DNA of 64,000 bases from Verrucomicrobiota bacterium (GCA_046346715.1 JAXMHO010000001.1:187051-251050); one strand, 5' to 3'; numbered from the stretch's first letter, positions 9,482 through 19,155 are shown. The notes: a model not told the origin generated them from the sequence alone. Program-made: numbers and translations.

Positions 9482-10075
9482 ATGTTAAACCTCCCGAAAA
9501 TCTTTTCCCGGCGGATCATCGTGGCCGCGGGCGCGTTGCTGATGCTGATGTGTCTTGGCGTGCAGGCGCAGAATCCCGTCATCACGTCGTTCAGCTTCAA
9601 CGGCAGCCTCACCTGCAGCAACCTTGCGCCCGGCAGCACGGCGGTCGTCGAGTGGGCGTCGTCCCCGTCCGGCCCGTGGCGGACCAATTGGAACACCCTG
9701 GAAGCCGTCAACGTGGGCACGAACGGCGTGATCAACGTGTTGGTGCCGATGTTTTACCGGGTGCGCGGAGTCGCGGCCGCACCGGCAACGAATCGCCCGC
9801 CCGTCGCCGTTGATGACAACGAGGCGGTGGCGGCCAACACCTCTCTGGTCCGAGCGGCCAGCGTGTTTCTCGCCAACGACATTGATCCGGACGGCCAAAC
9901 GCTGACCCTCGTGTCCGTCTCGAACGCGACGAACGGCAACGTCCTGCTTTCCGCGGGCACGGTTATTTTCACGCCGCAGTCAGGGTTCACCGGCATCGCC
10001 ACCTTCAACTACACCGTTTCTGAAGGCACACTGACGGACACCGGCGTGGTGACGATAGTGGTTGGAGGGAACTGA
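9482..10075 (+). CDS. secreted protein: N-terminal FYR-motif beta-sandwich plus a cadherin-like/VCBS-type Ig domain
   Basis: Signal peptide ending LGVQAQ. Then ...VEWASSPSGPWRTNW...MFYRVRG, followed by PPVAVDDNEAV...ANDIDPDGQTLTLVSV...FTPQSGFTGIATFNYTVSEG. Confidence 0.65.
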   Translation: MLNLPKIFSRRIIVAAGALLMLMCLGVQAQNPVITSFSFNGSLTCSNLAPGSTAVVEWASSPSGPWRTNWNTLEAVNVGTNGVINVLVPMFYRVRGVAAAPATNRPPVAVDDNEAVAANTSLVRAASVFLANDIDPDGQTLTLVSVSNATNGNVLLSAGTVIFTPQSGFTGIATFNYTVSEGTLTDTGVVTIVVGGN

Positions 10076-10254
10076 AGGGCGGCGGGGGGTGGTGAAAATG
10101 AGGTTGGTGCTGGGCGCGCCGGCGAAAGTCGTGCGCCAGTTCACCGCGAGGAATGCGCCGGCTTGAAACACTGGGCGGACAAATACGTCGCCAACGCCGC
10201 CTACCGCCTGAAGCACGGCATCAATGTCTCCGCACCGTTGAAGAGTTGAAAATA

Positions 10255-10552
10255 CGTCACGAGGACTGACCCCGTTTCGGACCTGAGCAACCGCTGTTGG
10301 CGCTGCAAATACTCAGGACTGACCCCTTTACTTCCCCCTCTCCTCGCCCAACGAGGAGAGGGTTGGGGTGAGGAGATGAGACAGTTGGATTTATTTCCAA
10401 GCCCGTCAGGGCTGACATCGTTGTAGCCCGCCGATTCCTAAAATGATTTCAGCTCCGGAGGAGCGACATCGCCGTGGGCAACCAATATGCCGCCCCGCTG
10501 GGGCTAAATAAGATGGTGGTTCGGGTTCTACAACTATGCCGCGCCTACGGCG
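10255..10552. repeat. cluster of short REP/MITE-like elements and hairpins
   Basis: AGGACTGACCCC occurs twice (10262, 10315). There is a perfect 11-bp hairpin CCCTCTCCTCG/CGAGGAGAGGG (10336-10362). Degenerate units end in ...TATGCCGCCCCGCTGGGGCTAAA and ...TATGCCGCGCCTACGGCGCTAAA (10484-10557). No credible ORF. Confidence 0.5.
10342..10375. repeat. left copy of a ~33-nt element (CCTCGCCCAACGAGGAGAGGGTTGGGGTGAGGAG)
   Basis: Its reverse complement, CTCCTCACCCCAACCCTCTCCTCGTTGGGCGAGG, aligns with 13756-13787 (CTCCTCACCCCGGCCCTCA--TCGTTGGGCAAGG). The two copies are therefore inverted and bracket the RM gene. Confidence 0.6.
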
Positions 10553-13435
10553 CTAAATCTGCCCCGGCAAACCCGGTGTGCGCAGTTTGCGCGGCTTGGC
10601 TGGCAGGGAGGAACTGCTGCTCCGCCGGCCTTTGGCTGATGGCGTAGCCGGCAACAATGGCGCGGTGAGCTTTTCGTAGAGGGAGAAAAGAAATTCCACG
10701 CGCTCGCGATCTGAGTTGAACGGCTCGGGGCGATAACATTTCTCCACGGCGCGATCTAATTCTGTGTGGGCTTTAACCAACTCCGGCGGCATGGAGAGCG
10801 GGTCGTAAAGGTCGGCGAGCGTGCTCATGCCTTGCGGTGGCAGATGCGGTTTGCGGGCGTCCAGCACGGCCTGCGCTTTTTCTTCGACGGCGTCGCGCTG
10901 TTTGTCCGTCGCGCTCTCCGGCCACGGGAAATTGTTGTAAACAATCTTTCCTGAATACTGATAACGAGATTCCAAACGCCCTGTCACTTGCCGCGTCCAA
11001 GCCATGTGCATAACCGAAGTAAGCACACCGAAGGTGAACTGGCTTGCACCAGAAATCGTGTAGAGTTTATTGCTCGCTATGATTTTTGGCGGAAGGAAAG
11101 CGATTGGGATGTAGGCTCTGCGTTCCGAAGAAACTTCAGGAACTGCAAGGTAACTTCTTACCGGCTGACGTATCTCACCAAACCGCGTCGGGAACTTTGC
11201 CAGTTCACGTGTTGTCTCACGGCTGCTTTTCAAGCGTTGTTCCCGCACAGCATCAACCCGCTTCATCACTTCGGTCATGTCTCGCAGTTCTTGAGGCGAT
11301 GCGTCAGCCAACCACAAACACCACCGAGAAAGTCCATTGATGAATTCTTCTGAGCCGAGAAACGGACGAATAAATTTTGCCGCCGCTGGCTCTTTCGCAA
11401 GCAGTTCAGCTTTCGCTTTATCATCAAGCAAAAGGTAACCGCCATCGTTCGGCATACTGCCGAAAACAATTTCCGGCACGTTGCAAAGTGGCTTGGAACT
11501 TTTTGTGACGACCTTATCACTTCCCTCAACGAGATAAGGGCTGATGTTTTTTGCTTTTGCGACCGTTACGCTATCGGATTCGTAGTCGTAAATCCGCTTG
11601 TTAACGGAGTCGACAGCAGCAAAGCCGATGATGACGACGTGAACGTGTGCCATACCACGCGCTTCACTTACCCAGGGAAAAGTGCGGTGCCCGAAATGAA
11701 TTTTTAGACCGTGTTGAAATAGCGCCTTCCAAAGAATTCCAACCTGCTCGCCCTGCGTGATTGAATTGGTTGAAACGAATCCGACGACAATTTGTGTGCC
11801 TTTGATGTATTCAGCAGCTTTGAAATACCAGGCCGTCACGAAATCAAGCAGCCCATGACCTTTGACATCACCACAAACCAACTCCATGTCAGCGTTTTGT
11901 TCGCTCGTCATGTATTGTTTTCCCACGAACGGCGGATTGCCGAGGACGTAGCTGCATTGGTCGGGCGGCAGGACTTCGCGCCAATCTTTGCGAAGGGCAT
12001 TGGCGCAATGTATGTGCGGGGATTTCTTAAGCGGCAGCCGTTGGTAAAGCTGACCGAACGCTTCGGAAATCTTCACGTTCATTTGGTGGTCCATCAGCCA
12101 CATCGCCACTTCGGCAATGCGTGACGGCCATTCCTCGATCTCAATGCCGTAGAACTGATGCACGTCCACAGCGGAGACACGGTTCACCTCGTCCAGCGTC
12201 AGTTCCCGCTGCCCGCCGAAAAGTTCCTGCAAGGTTTCAAGCTCCAACTGCCGCAGTTCGCGATAGGTGATGACGAGGAAGTTGCCGCATCCGCACGCCG
12301 GGTCGAGGAAGCGTAGGCTGCAAAGCTTTTTGTGAAACTCTTCAAGCCGCGCAATGCGTCCGGTGGACTTGTCCTTTTTGCGGGCTTCAAACTCGGCGCG
12401 GAGATCGTCCAAGAACAACGAGCGGGCGACCTTGAGGATGTCGCGTTCGCTGGTGTAGTGCGCCCCAATCTGCCGCCGTTCCTTCGGCTGCATGATGGAC
12501 TGAAATAGCGAGCCGAAGATGGCGGGCGAGATTTCGTCCCAGTTTTTGGCGCAACATTCCAGCAGCGCGTCGCGCATGTTGCGGTTGAAATCGGCAAAGC
12601 CCAGCGCATCGGCAAAGAGATCGCCGTTCACGTAGGGAAATTGGGCGAGGTCTTCATCGAGATTAGTTTGGCGCTTTTCAACGGGCTTGTTGAGGATTTC
12701 AAACAACCGCGCCAGATGCAGGCCCAAGTCTGAGCCATCGGCTTGCGTGTGATTCTCGATGTAGAGCTTGAAGGCTTCGCGCGGAAACAAACCGGTATCT
12801 TCCGCGAACAGACAGAACAGGATGCGGACGAGAAAGCGTTCCAGGTCGTGACCGGTATAGCCGCCCGCTTCCAATTCATCGTGGAGCTTGCCGAGGATTT
12901 CGGCGGCCTCGATGTTGATGGGGTCTTGTTCCTTGAACGTGTGCTGCTTGTAGCCGGGGATGAACGAAAAGGCGTGGATGTGCTTATGCAGTTCCGCGAG
13001 CGCGAATTCGGTGACTTCGTAGCGGCGACCGGCGAACAGAGGCAAATCGCGCTGCGTCTCCGGTTCGAGATCGTAGAGCACGAAGCGTTGGAAATCGGAG
13101 ACGATGACGTAGCGGGGAATCTCTTTCTCCCGCCCTTCCGCCGCCATCGCCTGGATGTAATCAAACGCTTGAGTCTTGGCGCGTCCGAGATCTTCCCCCG
13201 CGCTTTTGTGTTCGACGAGGAGTTTGCGTTTCCAGAGGAGATCGATCTTGCCGAAGTTACCGGAAGCTTTCAGGACGGGGACTTCAAAGCTGGCGACGAG
13301 TTTGCGGGACAAACCGAAGACGTCGAAAAATTCGTTCCAGAACGTTTGTTTGTCGGCGCTTTCGCTAGTCGAGTGCTTATGATCGCGCGCGAACTTGACC
13401 GCGTTATGGCGGATTTCATTCCAAGACAGGGGCAT
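10553..13435 (-). CDS. MmeI-family type IIL/IIG restriction endonuclease / N6-adenine DNA methyltransferase fusion
   Basis: 960 aa. The N-terminal MmeI-type nuclease region WNEIRHNAVKFARDH...QTFWNEFFDVFG...GKIDLLWKRKLLVEHKS fits a D-x(n)-ExK motif. SAM motif FLDPACGCGNFL and catalytic motif GNPPF. The C-terminal half (about 10950-12150) is clearly lower in GC (45% in a 60-nt sample at 11041-11100). Confidence 0.75.
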   Translation of the reverse strand: MPLSWNEIRHNAVKFARDHKHSTSESADKQTFWNEFFDVFGLSRKLVASFEVPVLKASGNFGKIDLLWKRKLLVEHKSAGEDLGRAKTQAFDYIQAMAAEGREKEIPRYVIVSDFQRFVLYDLEPETQRDLPLFAGRRYEVTEFALAELHKHIHAFSFIPGYKQHTFKEQDPINIEAAEILGKLHDELEAGGYTGHDLERFLVRILFCLFAEDTGLFPREAFKLYIENHTQADGSDLGLHLARLFEILNKPVEKRQTNLDEDLAQFPYVNGDLFADALGFADFNRNMRDALLECCAKNWDEISPAIFGSLFQSIMQPKERRQIGAHYTSERDILKVARSLFLDDLRAEFEARKKDKSTGRIARLEEFHKKLCSLRFLDPACGCGNFLVITYRELRQLELETLQELFGGQRELTLDEVNRVSAVDVHQFYGIEIEEWPSRIAEVAMWLMDHQMNVKISEAFGQLYQRLPLKKSPHIHCANALRKDWREVLPPDQCSYVLGNPPFVGKQYMTSEQNADMELVCGDVKGHGLLDFVTAWYFKAAEYIKGTQIVVGFVSTNSITQGEQVGILWKALFQHGLKIHFGHRTFPWVSEARGMAHVHVVIIGFAAVDSVNKRIYDYESDSVTVAKAKNISPYLVEGSDKVVTKSSKPLCNVPEIVFGSMPNDGGYLLLDDKAKAELLAKEPAAAKFIRPFLGSEEFINGLSRWCLWLADASPQELRDMTEVMKRVDAVREQRLKSSRETTRELAKFPTRFGEIRQPVRSYLAVPEVSSERRAYIPIAFLPPKIIASNKLYTISGASQFTFGVLTSVMHMAWTRQVTGRLESRYQYSGKIVYNNFPWPESATDKQRDAVEEKAQAVLDARKPHLPPQGMSTLADLYDPLSMPPELVKAHTELDRAVEKCYRPEPFNSDRERVEFLFSLYEKLTAPLLPATPSAKGRRSSSSSLPAKPRKLRTPGLPGQI

Positions 13436-13755
13436 GGCTGAACGCTCGCGTGTCGTTCAGCCGCAAATGGCTGTTCTTGAACCGGACTCGAAGCGATGCC
13501 TGAAAATAAAAGTGGGACGTACCTACACACGTCCCACAGCAGGCACCGCCAGGCGCCCGGATAAGAACGTCTCGGCACGCCCCGATTGGGGCGTACCTCG
13601 ACGCTGCCTTATCCTCTAAAACTGGCGGTTTTGCTGTGGATAGCAGCCGAAGCTACGCGAAATGGATTTGGTTAAATTGGTTTCTTGGTCGTTTGGTTAA
13701 TAACGGACGCGGGGAGACTAGCGCGATTGGTTGGCAGCGCAATCCGGGAATTTTT

Positions 13756-13787
13756 CTCCTCACCCCGGCCCTCATCGTTGGGCAAGG
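13756..13787. repeat. right, inverted copy of the ~33-nt element at 10342-10375
   Basis: Direct alignment; see the left copy. Confidence 0.6.
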
Positions 13788-13882
13788 CGGACCGTGGTGG
13801 CGGGTTGGTGGGGAGTGCGTGGCTGTCTTTTAATTTCTGCCGGGGTCTTAAAGAAGGTTGATTCAGGGCAATCCCGTTCTTA

Positions 13883-15316
13883 ATGTTGGCCGGTCTTGGA
13901 CGATACCAGAGTATGGCCGATCAAAAACTAGACGCCAATCAGAAGGCGTTGCAGATCAATCTCAACGCCACTCAATACGGCGCGTTCGCCGAAATCGGCG
14001 CCGGCCAGGAGGTGGCGCGCTGGTTCTTCCGCGCCGGCGGCGCGGCGGGCACGGTCGCCAAAACCATCTCCGCCTACGACATGTCGGTCAGCGACGCCAT
14101 CTACGGTCCGGCGGACCGTTACGTAAGCCGTCAGCGTCTCCAGGCGATGCTGGAGCACGAATACAAGCTGCTGATCGAACGGCTCGACCCCGCCCGCGGG
14201 GACAAGACCACTTTCTTCGCTTTCGCCAACACCGTAGCCACCCGGAGCTACACCCGCAAGGAAGAGGGCCAGGGCTGGCTGGGCGTGCGCTTTCAATCGA
14301 AGCCGCGCGAGCGTCCGTCGGAAATCATCATCCACGTCAAGCTGCTCGACACCGAGAACGTCCGTTCGCAGGAGGCGCTGGGCGTCATCGGCGTGAACCT
14401 GATTCACAGCGCCTTTTACCTGAGCAACGCGCCGACGCAGATCATCGAGGCGCTCAAGGACGGGCTGACGCCGGGACGGTTCGAGGTGGACATGATCAAG
14501 TTTTCCGGTCCGGCCTTTGCCGGCGTGGACAACCGCCTGATGGCGCTCCAGCTCGTCGAGCAGGGCCTGACCGACGCGGCGATGTTCACGGCAAACGGCG
14601 AGACGGTGATCCCCAGCGAGCTGCTCTACAAGAAACCGGTGCTCGTGCAGCGCGGCAGCTTCCGGCCGCTCACCAATCCGATGCTCGACATGCTTGAACG
14701 GGCACAGAAGCAGTTCGTGAAGGAGGAATCCCTCAAGGGCGAAGCGCCGGTGGTGCTGTTCGAAATGACCCTGCGGCAGCTGCAGATCGGCGACACCATC
14801 GACCACAGCGATTTCCTCGACCGCGTGGACACGCTCGGCGCGCTGGGCAAGCCGGTGTTGATCTCCAACTTTCTGCGGTTCCACCGGCTGGTGATGTATC
14901 TCTCGCGCCACACGCAAAAGCCCATCGGCCTGCCCATCGGCCTGGTGCGGCTGCGCGATGTGCTGGACGAAAAATTTTACACGGACCTGCCCGGCGGCCT
15001 GATGGAATCCCTCGGGCATCTCTTCAAGAACGGCGCGCGGCTGTATGTGTATCCGTCGCTGGACAAGAAGACGGGCAAATTGGTGACGGTGGAAAACCTC
15101 GAGGTCGCGCCGCATCTCCGCCATCTCTACGCGCACCTGGTGGAGAATCATTTCGTCGAGAGCCTGCCGAACCACAACCCGGAATATCTCAGCATCTACT
15201 CGAACACCGTGCTGGAAAAAATCCACGCGGGCGACGACTCGCTGGAAAAGCTGGTGCCTCCCGCCATCTTCCAGCTGATCAAATCCAAGAAGCTGTTCGG
15301 CTGGCCGGACCGCTGA
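13883..15316 (+). CDS. conserved protein of unknown function
   Basis: 477-aa ORF with normal composition (QINLNATQYGAFAEIGAGQEVARWFF...). An alternative start is ATG 13913 (MADQKL). The 483-aa minus ORF 13928-15379 is its shadow. No family assigned. Confidence 0.6.
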   Translation: MLAGLGRYQSMADQKLDANQKALQINLNATQYGAFAEIGAGQEVARWFFRAGGAAGTVAKTISAYDMSVSDAIYGPADRYVSRQRLQAMLEHEYKLLIERLDPARGDKTTFFAFANTVATRSYTRKEEGQGWLGVRFQSKPRERPSEIIIHVKLLDTENVRSQEALGVIGVNLIHSAFYLSNAPTQIIEALKDGLTPGRFEVDMIKFSGPAFAGVDNRLMALQLVEQGLTDAAMFTANGETVIPSELLYKKPVLVQRGSFRPLTNPMLDMLERAQKQFVKEESLKGEAPVVLFEMTLRQLQIGDTIDHSDFLDRVDTLGALGKPVLISNFLRFHRLVMYLSRHTQKPIGLPIGLVRLRDVLDEKFYTDLPGGLMESLGHLFKNGARLYVYPSLDKKTGKLVTVENLEVAPHLRHLYAHLVENHFVESLPNHNPEYLSIYSNTVLEKIHAGDDSLEKLVPPAIFQLIKSKKLFGWPDR

Positions 15317-15366
15317 GGCCAGGCGCCCGTTGCCCAAGGGGCAAAGCTGCGGCTTGGATGAAGCAC

Positions 15367-15386
15367 GGCGGCGCAGCAACGCCGCC
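15367..15386. terminator. GC hairpin between convergent genes (GGCGGCG-CAGCAA-CGCCGCC), no U tract
   Basis: A 7-bp perfect stem lying between the stop at 15316 (+) and the stop at 15407 (-). The terminator function is inferred. Confidence 0.3.
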
Positions 15387-15406
15387 CTACCATATACGAG
15401 CTGAGT

Positions 15407-16219
15407 TTAGGCCACGGCGTGGCTGCGCGGAAACACCCGCAGCGAGTAGCGGCCGCCGGTTTCCGTGAGGCGCGCGCGCATGTGAAAGGCCTTTGCCAGC
15501 AGCGCGGTTTTCATCATCTGCTTTTTCTTCCCGGCCGCCAGCACCCGGCCGGCCTTCAACATCAGCACGTGGGAAAACACCGGCATGATTTCCTCGACGT
15601 GATGCGTCACCAGCACCAGCGTCGGGGCATTGCGCCGGCGGCCGAGGCGCTGGAGAAACTGCAGGAACTGTTCGCGCGCGGCGGGATCCAGACCGGCACA
15701 GGGTTCGTCGAGAATCAGCAGGCGCGGATGGGACATGAGCGCGCGGCCGATCAGGATGCGCTGGCGTTCCCCCTGCGACAACACCGACCACGGACGCGCG
15801 GCCAGATGCTGGCATTCGACGCGGCGAAGAATCCGCATCGCCTCCTGCCGGTCGCGGCGCGAGGGCTTTCCCCAGAAATCAATGATCGCGTATTTGCCGC
15901 TGACCACGCTGTCCAGCGCCGGCTCGGTGTCGGCCATCATCTGCCGCAGCGACGAGCTGACCAGGCCGATGTTCTTGCGGAGTTCGCGCCAGTCGGATTC
16001 GCCGTAACGCTGGCCGAGCAGCGTCATCTCGCCGCTGGTGGGCATAAGATAACCCGTCAGGGCGCTGAGGAGGGAAGTTTTGCCGGAACCATTCGCGCCG
16101 AGCATCACCCAGTGTTCACCGGGCAGCACGCGCCAGGAAACGTCGTCTAGGATGACCGTCCGGTCCCGCTCAATGCGCAGCCGGGCGATGTCGAGAATCG
16201 GAGCCTGAGGAGATTTCAC
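15407..16219 (-). CDS. ABC transporter ATP-binding protein (last gene of the 9-gene operon)
   Basis: Walker A GANGSGKTS, signature LSQGERQR, Walker B LLILDEP. GTG start overlapping the upstream stop (GTGA). Confidence 0.85.
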   Translation of the reverse strand: MKSPQAPILDIARLRIERDRTVILDDVSWRVLPGEHWVMLGANGSGKTSLLSALTGYLMPTSGEMTLLGQRYGESDWRELRKNIGLVSSSLRQMMADTEPALDSVVSGKYAIIDFWGKPSRRDRQEAMRILRRVECQHLAARPWSVLSQGERQRILIGRALMSHPRLLILDEPCAGLDPAAREQFLQFLQRLGRRRNAPTLVLVTHHVEEIMPVFSHVLMLKAGRVLAAGKKKQMMKTALLAKAFHMRARLTETGGRYSLRVFPRSHAVA

Positions 16220-17742
16220 TGGGGATTGACGGCTGGCACCGCATTGGTGCCCGAGGAAACCGAATCCGGCACGGCGTTGGTGGACGGCGTTTCCGTCTTC
16301 AGGTTCAACCGGGTGCGGATAATCGCCCGCGCCTCCGCCGGGATGCCGGCTTCGGGATCGAGCATCTTGGCCAGAATCTCGCGGCGGATGGTGGACAACG
16401 CCGGCAGGCCGATGGCCGCCTTGCGGTCCTGCGGAATCTGGGTGTCGTAGGCGCTCCAGATCTTTTGGGCGAGCAGCGCATAGCCTTCGTAACGGTCCGT
16501 GTGATCCAGCGCCAGCTCGGTGTAGCTGCGGTAGAGGATGCCTTCGAGCGAGGCTTTGACGCGGTCGCGCGAGGTTTCGCTGATGTCCACCTGAACGCAG
16601 GACAACACGTATTGATCCAGCGTCACATTGCGCGGGTAGGAGGTCGGGTCGCCGTCGATGATGGTTTTGTCAGGATATTGCTCACTGAGGTATTTGTACC
16701 AGCGCGCGGCGTCGGCCATCCGGTTGTAAACGTAGAGGGAGTAAATCGCCTGGCGCAGGAAGTTGCGATGGCCGGTGGCCATCTTGGATTTGTCGCCCGG
16801 CGCCTCCGCCATCTGCTCCTCGTAGGCGCGGTTGACGTTCGGAACGATGTCGAGGTTCGGCCCGAAGTCGAAGGCCTTGTCGATGTTGTTCACTTCGAGA
16901 CGCCCGCGCTGGAAGCTCAGCAGCATGTCCTGGTAAATGGACCGCCGGAGCTGCATGAGGTCGTCGGGATTGACCTTGCCGGGATTGGCTTTCGCGGCTT
17001 CAAGTCCGACCACCGCCCAGTAAATGGCATGCGCCTCGGGCAGCCGCCACTCCAGCGGACCGTAACGCTGGTCCACTTCCTTCATGAGGCGGGCGTCCAT
17101 TTTGAACTTGGTGCGCAGGAGCGTCGCCCGCTGCTTCTGATCGTCGGTCTGGGGATTGATCAGCTCGTCGAAATTGACCTCCTTCATTTTGCCGAAGACC
17201 TGGGCCATCTGATTCGCCCACTGCTGCTTGTAATACATGTTGGCGTCGTCGAGGTTCGCGCCGAGCTTGTGCTGGAAAAACCACGAGAGCTGCTGGTGGA
17301 TGAGCGGGCTGTTGGGGTTGTATTTCAGGCCCTCGTCGCGCAGCAGTTCGATGCCGCCCTGCAGCCAGCGCCAGCGGTCGGAAAAATCCTTGAACTTCAC
17401 GGAGATGTTGTAGGCCATGTTCCACGCCTGAAACACCCAGACCTGCGGGAAGCGCGGCTCCAGCTTGGTGATCCAGTCCGCGAGCTGCATCATCTCGAAA
17501 TACTTTTCATTCTCCTGAAGGTCGTTCGCGCGAATCCAGAGCAGGTTGGAAATCAATCCGCGAAAGCCGCCCAGCGCCACGGTGGTGAAGGCCAGCACCG
17601 GCGGGGCGTTGTCCAAGGCCTGCGCGTGCGTCAGCCCCAGCCGGTCGCGGTCGCGGTTCATGGAGGTCTGCACCTGCGAGATGCCGGCCAGCAGCGCCCC
17701 GATCAGCAGCCCGAGCAGAATGGTCTTGAGGCGGCGGTTCAT
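16216..17742 (-). CDS. N-terminally membrane-anchored protein of unknown function
   Basis: 508 aa. One N-terminal TM segment (ILLGLLIGALLAGI). Trp-rich body (WIRANDLQENEKYFEMMQLADWI...). ATGA overlap with the upstream gene. Confidence 0.6.
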   Translation of the reverse strand: MNRRLKTILLGLLIGALLAGISQVQTSMNRDRDRLGLTHAQALDNAPPVLAFTTVALGGFRGLISNLLWIRANDLQENEKYFEMMQLADWITKLEPRFPQVWVFQAWNMAYNISVKFKDFSDRWRWLQGGIELLRDEGLKYNPNSPLIHQQLSWFFQHKLGANLDDANMYYKQQWANQMAQVFGKMKEVNFDELINPQTDDQKQRATLLRTKFKMDARLMKEVDQRYGPLEWRLPEAHAIYWAVVGLEAAKANPGKVNPDDLMQLRRSIYQDMLLSFQRGRLEVNNIDKAFDFGPNLDIVPNVNRAYEEQMAEAPGDKSKMATGHRNFLRQAIYSLYVYNRMADAARWYKYLSEQYPDKTIIDGDPTSYPRNVTLDQYVLSCVQVDISETSRDRVKASLEGILYRSYTELALDHTDRYEGYALLAQKIWSAYDTQIPQDRKAAIGLPALSTIRREILAKMLDPEAGIPAEARAIIRTRLNLKTETPSTNAVPDSVSSGTNAVPAVNPQ

Positions 17743-19125
17743 TGGGTGCCTTGGGCCGTCGCCAGTTCACGGCGTTTGAATCCGATGATGCCCACGAGCG
17801 CGAACAATCCGCCCAGCACAAGCACGATCTGGGTGAAGGCCAGGCCAAGCTCCGTCCAGGTGATGCTGCGGCCGGAGCTCAACGCCTCGACCGGCGAGAA
17901 GCCGCGCGCCAGGTTGATCACTTTCAAGGCGACGGCGAAGAACGGCACGATGACCAGGTCGGCCACGGACGAACCCACCTGGCCGGTCTCCTCGTTGCGG
18001 CTCATGATGGTTCCCTCGGTCACGACGTTGGTGAGCGTGGTGGTGGAAAACGCCATGGTCAGGATGCCAATCGAGAAAAACGCCGCGACCGGGAAGGACA
18101 GAAAACTCGCCGCCGCGAGGCCGATCGCCGACAGCAGCGCCATCCAGCACAGGATGATCGCCAGCCCGCGCGTGAAGTTCGCGCCGAAGCCGCCCTGCCG
18201 GTAAAGCACCTCCAACCCGTCCGTCAGCGGAAACAGCAGCGCGATGTTGTTGGGGTTGATGAAGGTAATCATCAGCGTGCCGTCGCTGTTGAGCAGGCTC
18301 GCCTAAGACATCGAACTCGTGGTAGGCATCCGGCGCCAGGCTCATCGGTTCGAGGCGCACCACCTTGGTTTTCTTTTCCTCGCCCACCTGCCACAGCGCG
18401 GTGAAGGTGCCGGAGGGGCTTTTCTCCGCGGCATTGAACTTCACCCGGACCCGGAGCGGCTCGTCGCCGAGAAATTTCGCAATCAGCCCGAGGTCAATCT
18501 GCCACTGGCGCTGATAACCCGGCGGCACCACCTGATAGGCCGCCTTCACTTGCTCGACAATCTGCCGGCGGACTTCCGGGAGGTCGGCGCGGCTGACCGG
18601 GTTTTGCTCGAGACGTTCCCGCAACACTTTGTCGGCGTCGCGCTGAATGTCCTCGTCCGCGTTTTTTTCCCGCACCGAACCGCGGGCGACGAGCACTTCG
18701 CGCCGGAGAATCAACTGCTCCGCCGCCGGCAATTTTGTGGCGCGCCATTGGAGCAGGACGTAAACGCTCAGTCCGGACAGGCCCAGCAGGGCGGCGTTGA
18801 GCGTCAGGATGCCGAGCCATTTGCCCAGCCAGATCTGCCAGCGGGCGACGGGTTTCACCGCCACCATCTGCATCTGACATTCCTCGATGTCGCGGGCCAG
18901 CGTGCCGCAGGACAGCCACAGCGTGGACAATCCCAGCAGCGCCGTGATGGCGGACAGCGTGTAGGTCAGGAGAATCTGGGTGAACCCGCGCGCCGTGCCG
19001 TCATCCTTGATCAACACCGGCAGCGCCACCACCGCCGTGAGCAGCAGCACGGCCACGACCAGAAAGAGCCGGAAGCGAAAGGCCGCTTTCCAGGTCAGTC
19101 CGACGATGGCAAGGAGTTGTTGCAT
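17739..19125 (-). pseudogene. ABC-2-type transporter permease interrupted by a 1-nt frameshift near 18299-18306
   Basis: Track ORF 17767-19125 is credible only to ...LAPDAYHEFDV and then turns H/R/G/P-rich. The +1 frame continues ASLLNSDGTLMITFINPNN..., which is track ORF 17739-18272 and its upstream extension. The locus is 1387 nt, which is 3n+1. Confidence 0.65.
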
Positions 19126-19155
19126 TGAGTTGAGCGCGGCGGTCCCGGATGAAAA

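Noticed and set aside
10073-10258. In-frame extension after the TGA of the 197-aa gene (…RAAGGGENEV…LKHWADKYVANAAYRLKHGINVSAPLKS), as possible stop-codon readthrough or a selenocysteine site
   Set aside because: The protein ends cleanly after its Ig-like domain. The extension has no homology I recognise and no SECIS-like hairpin directly after the TGA. It is more likely a remnant of an unrelated decayed gene.
13559-13612. tRNA-like appearance of nested stems (GGATAAG...CTTATCC enclosing a GC hairpin)
   Set aside because: There is only one internal arm and its loop is 4 nt. There are no D or T loop consensus sequences, so it is not a cloverleaf.
18296-18308. The heptamer CTTAGGC at the ABC-2 frameshift, identical to the yeast Ty1 +1 programmed frameshift site
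   Set aside because: In the incoming reading frame the codons are GUC UUA GGC. CUU and AGG are therefore not in frame, and the Ty1 mechanism (slip from CUU to UUA while awaiting a rare AGG) cannot apply. A plain indel is more likely.
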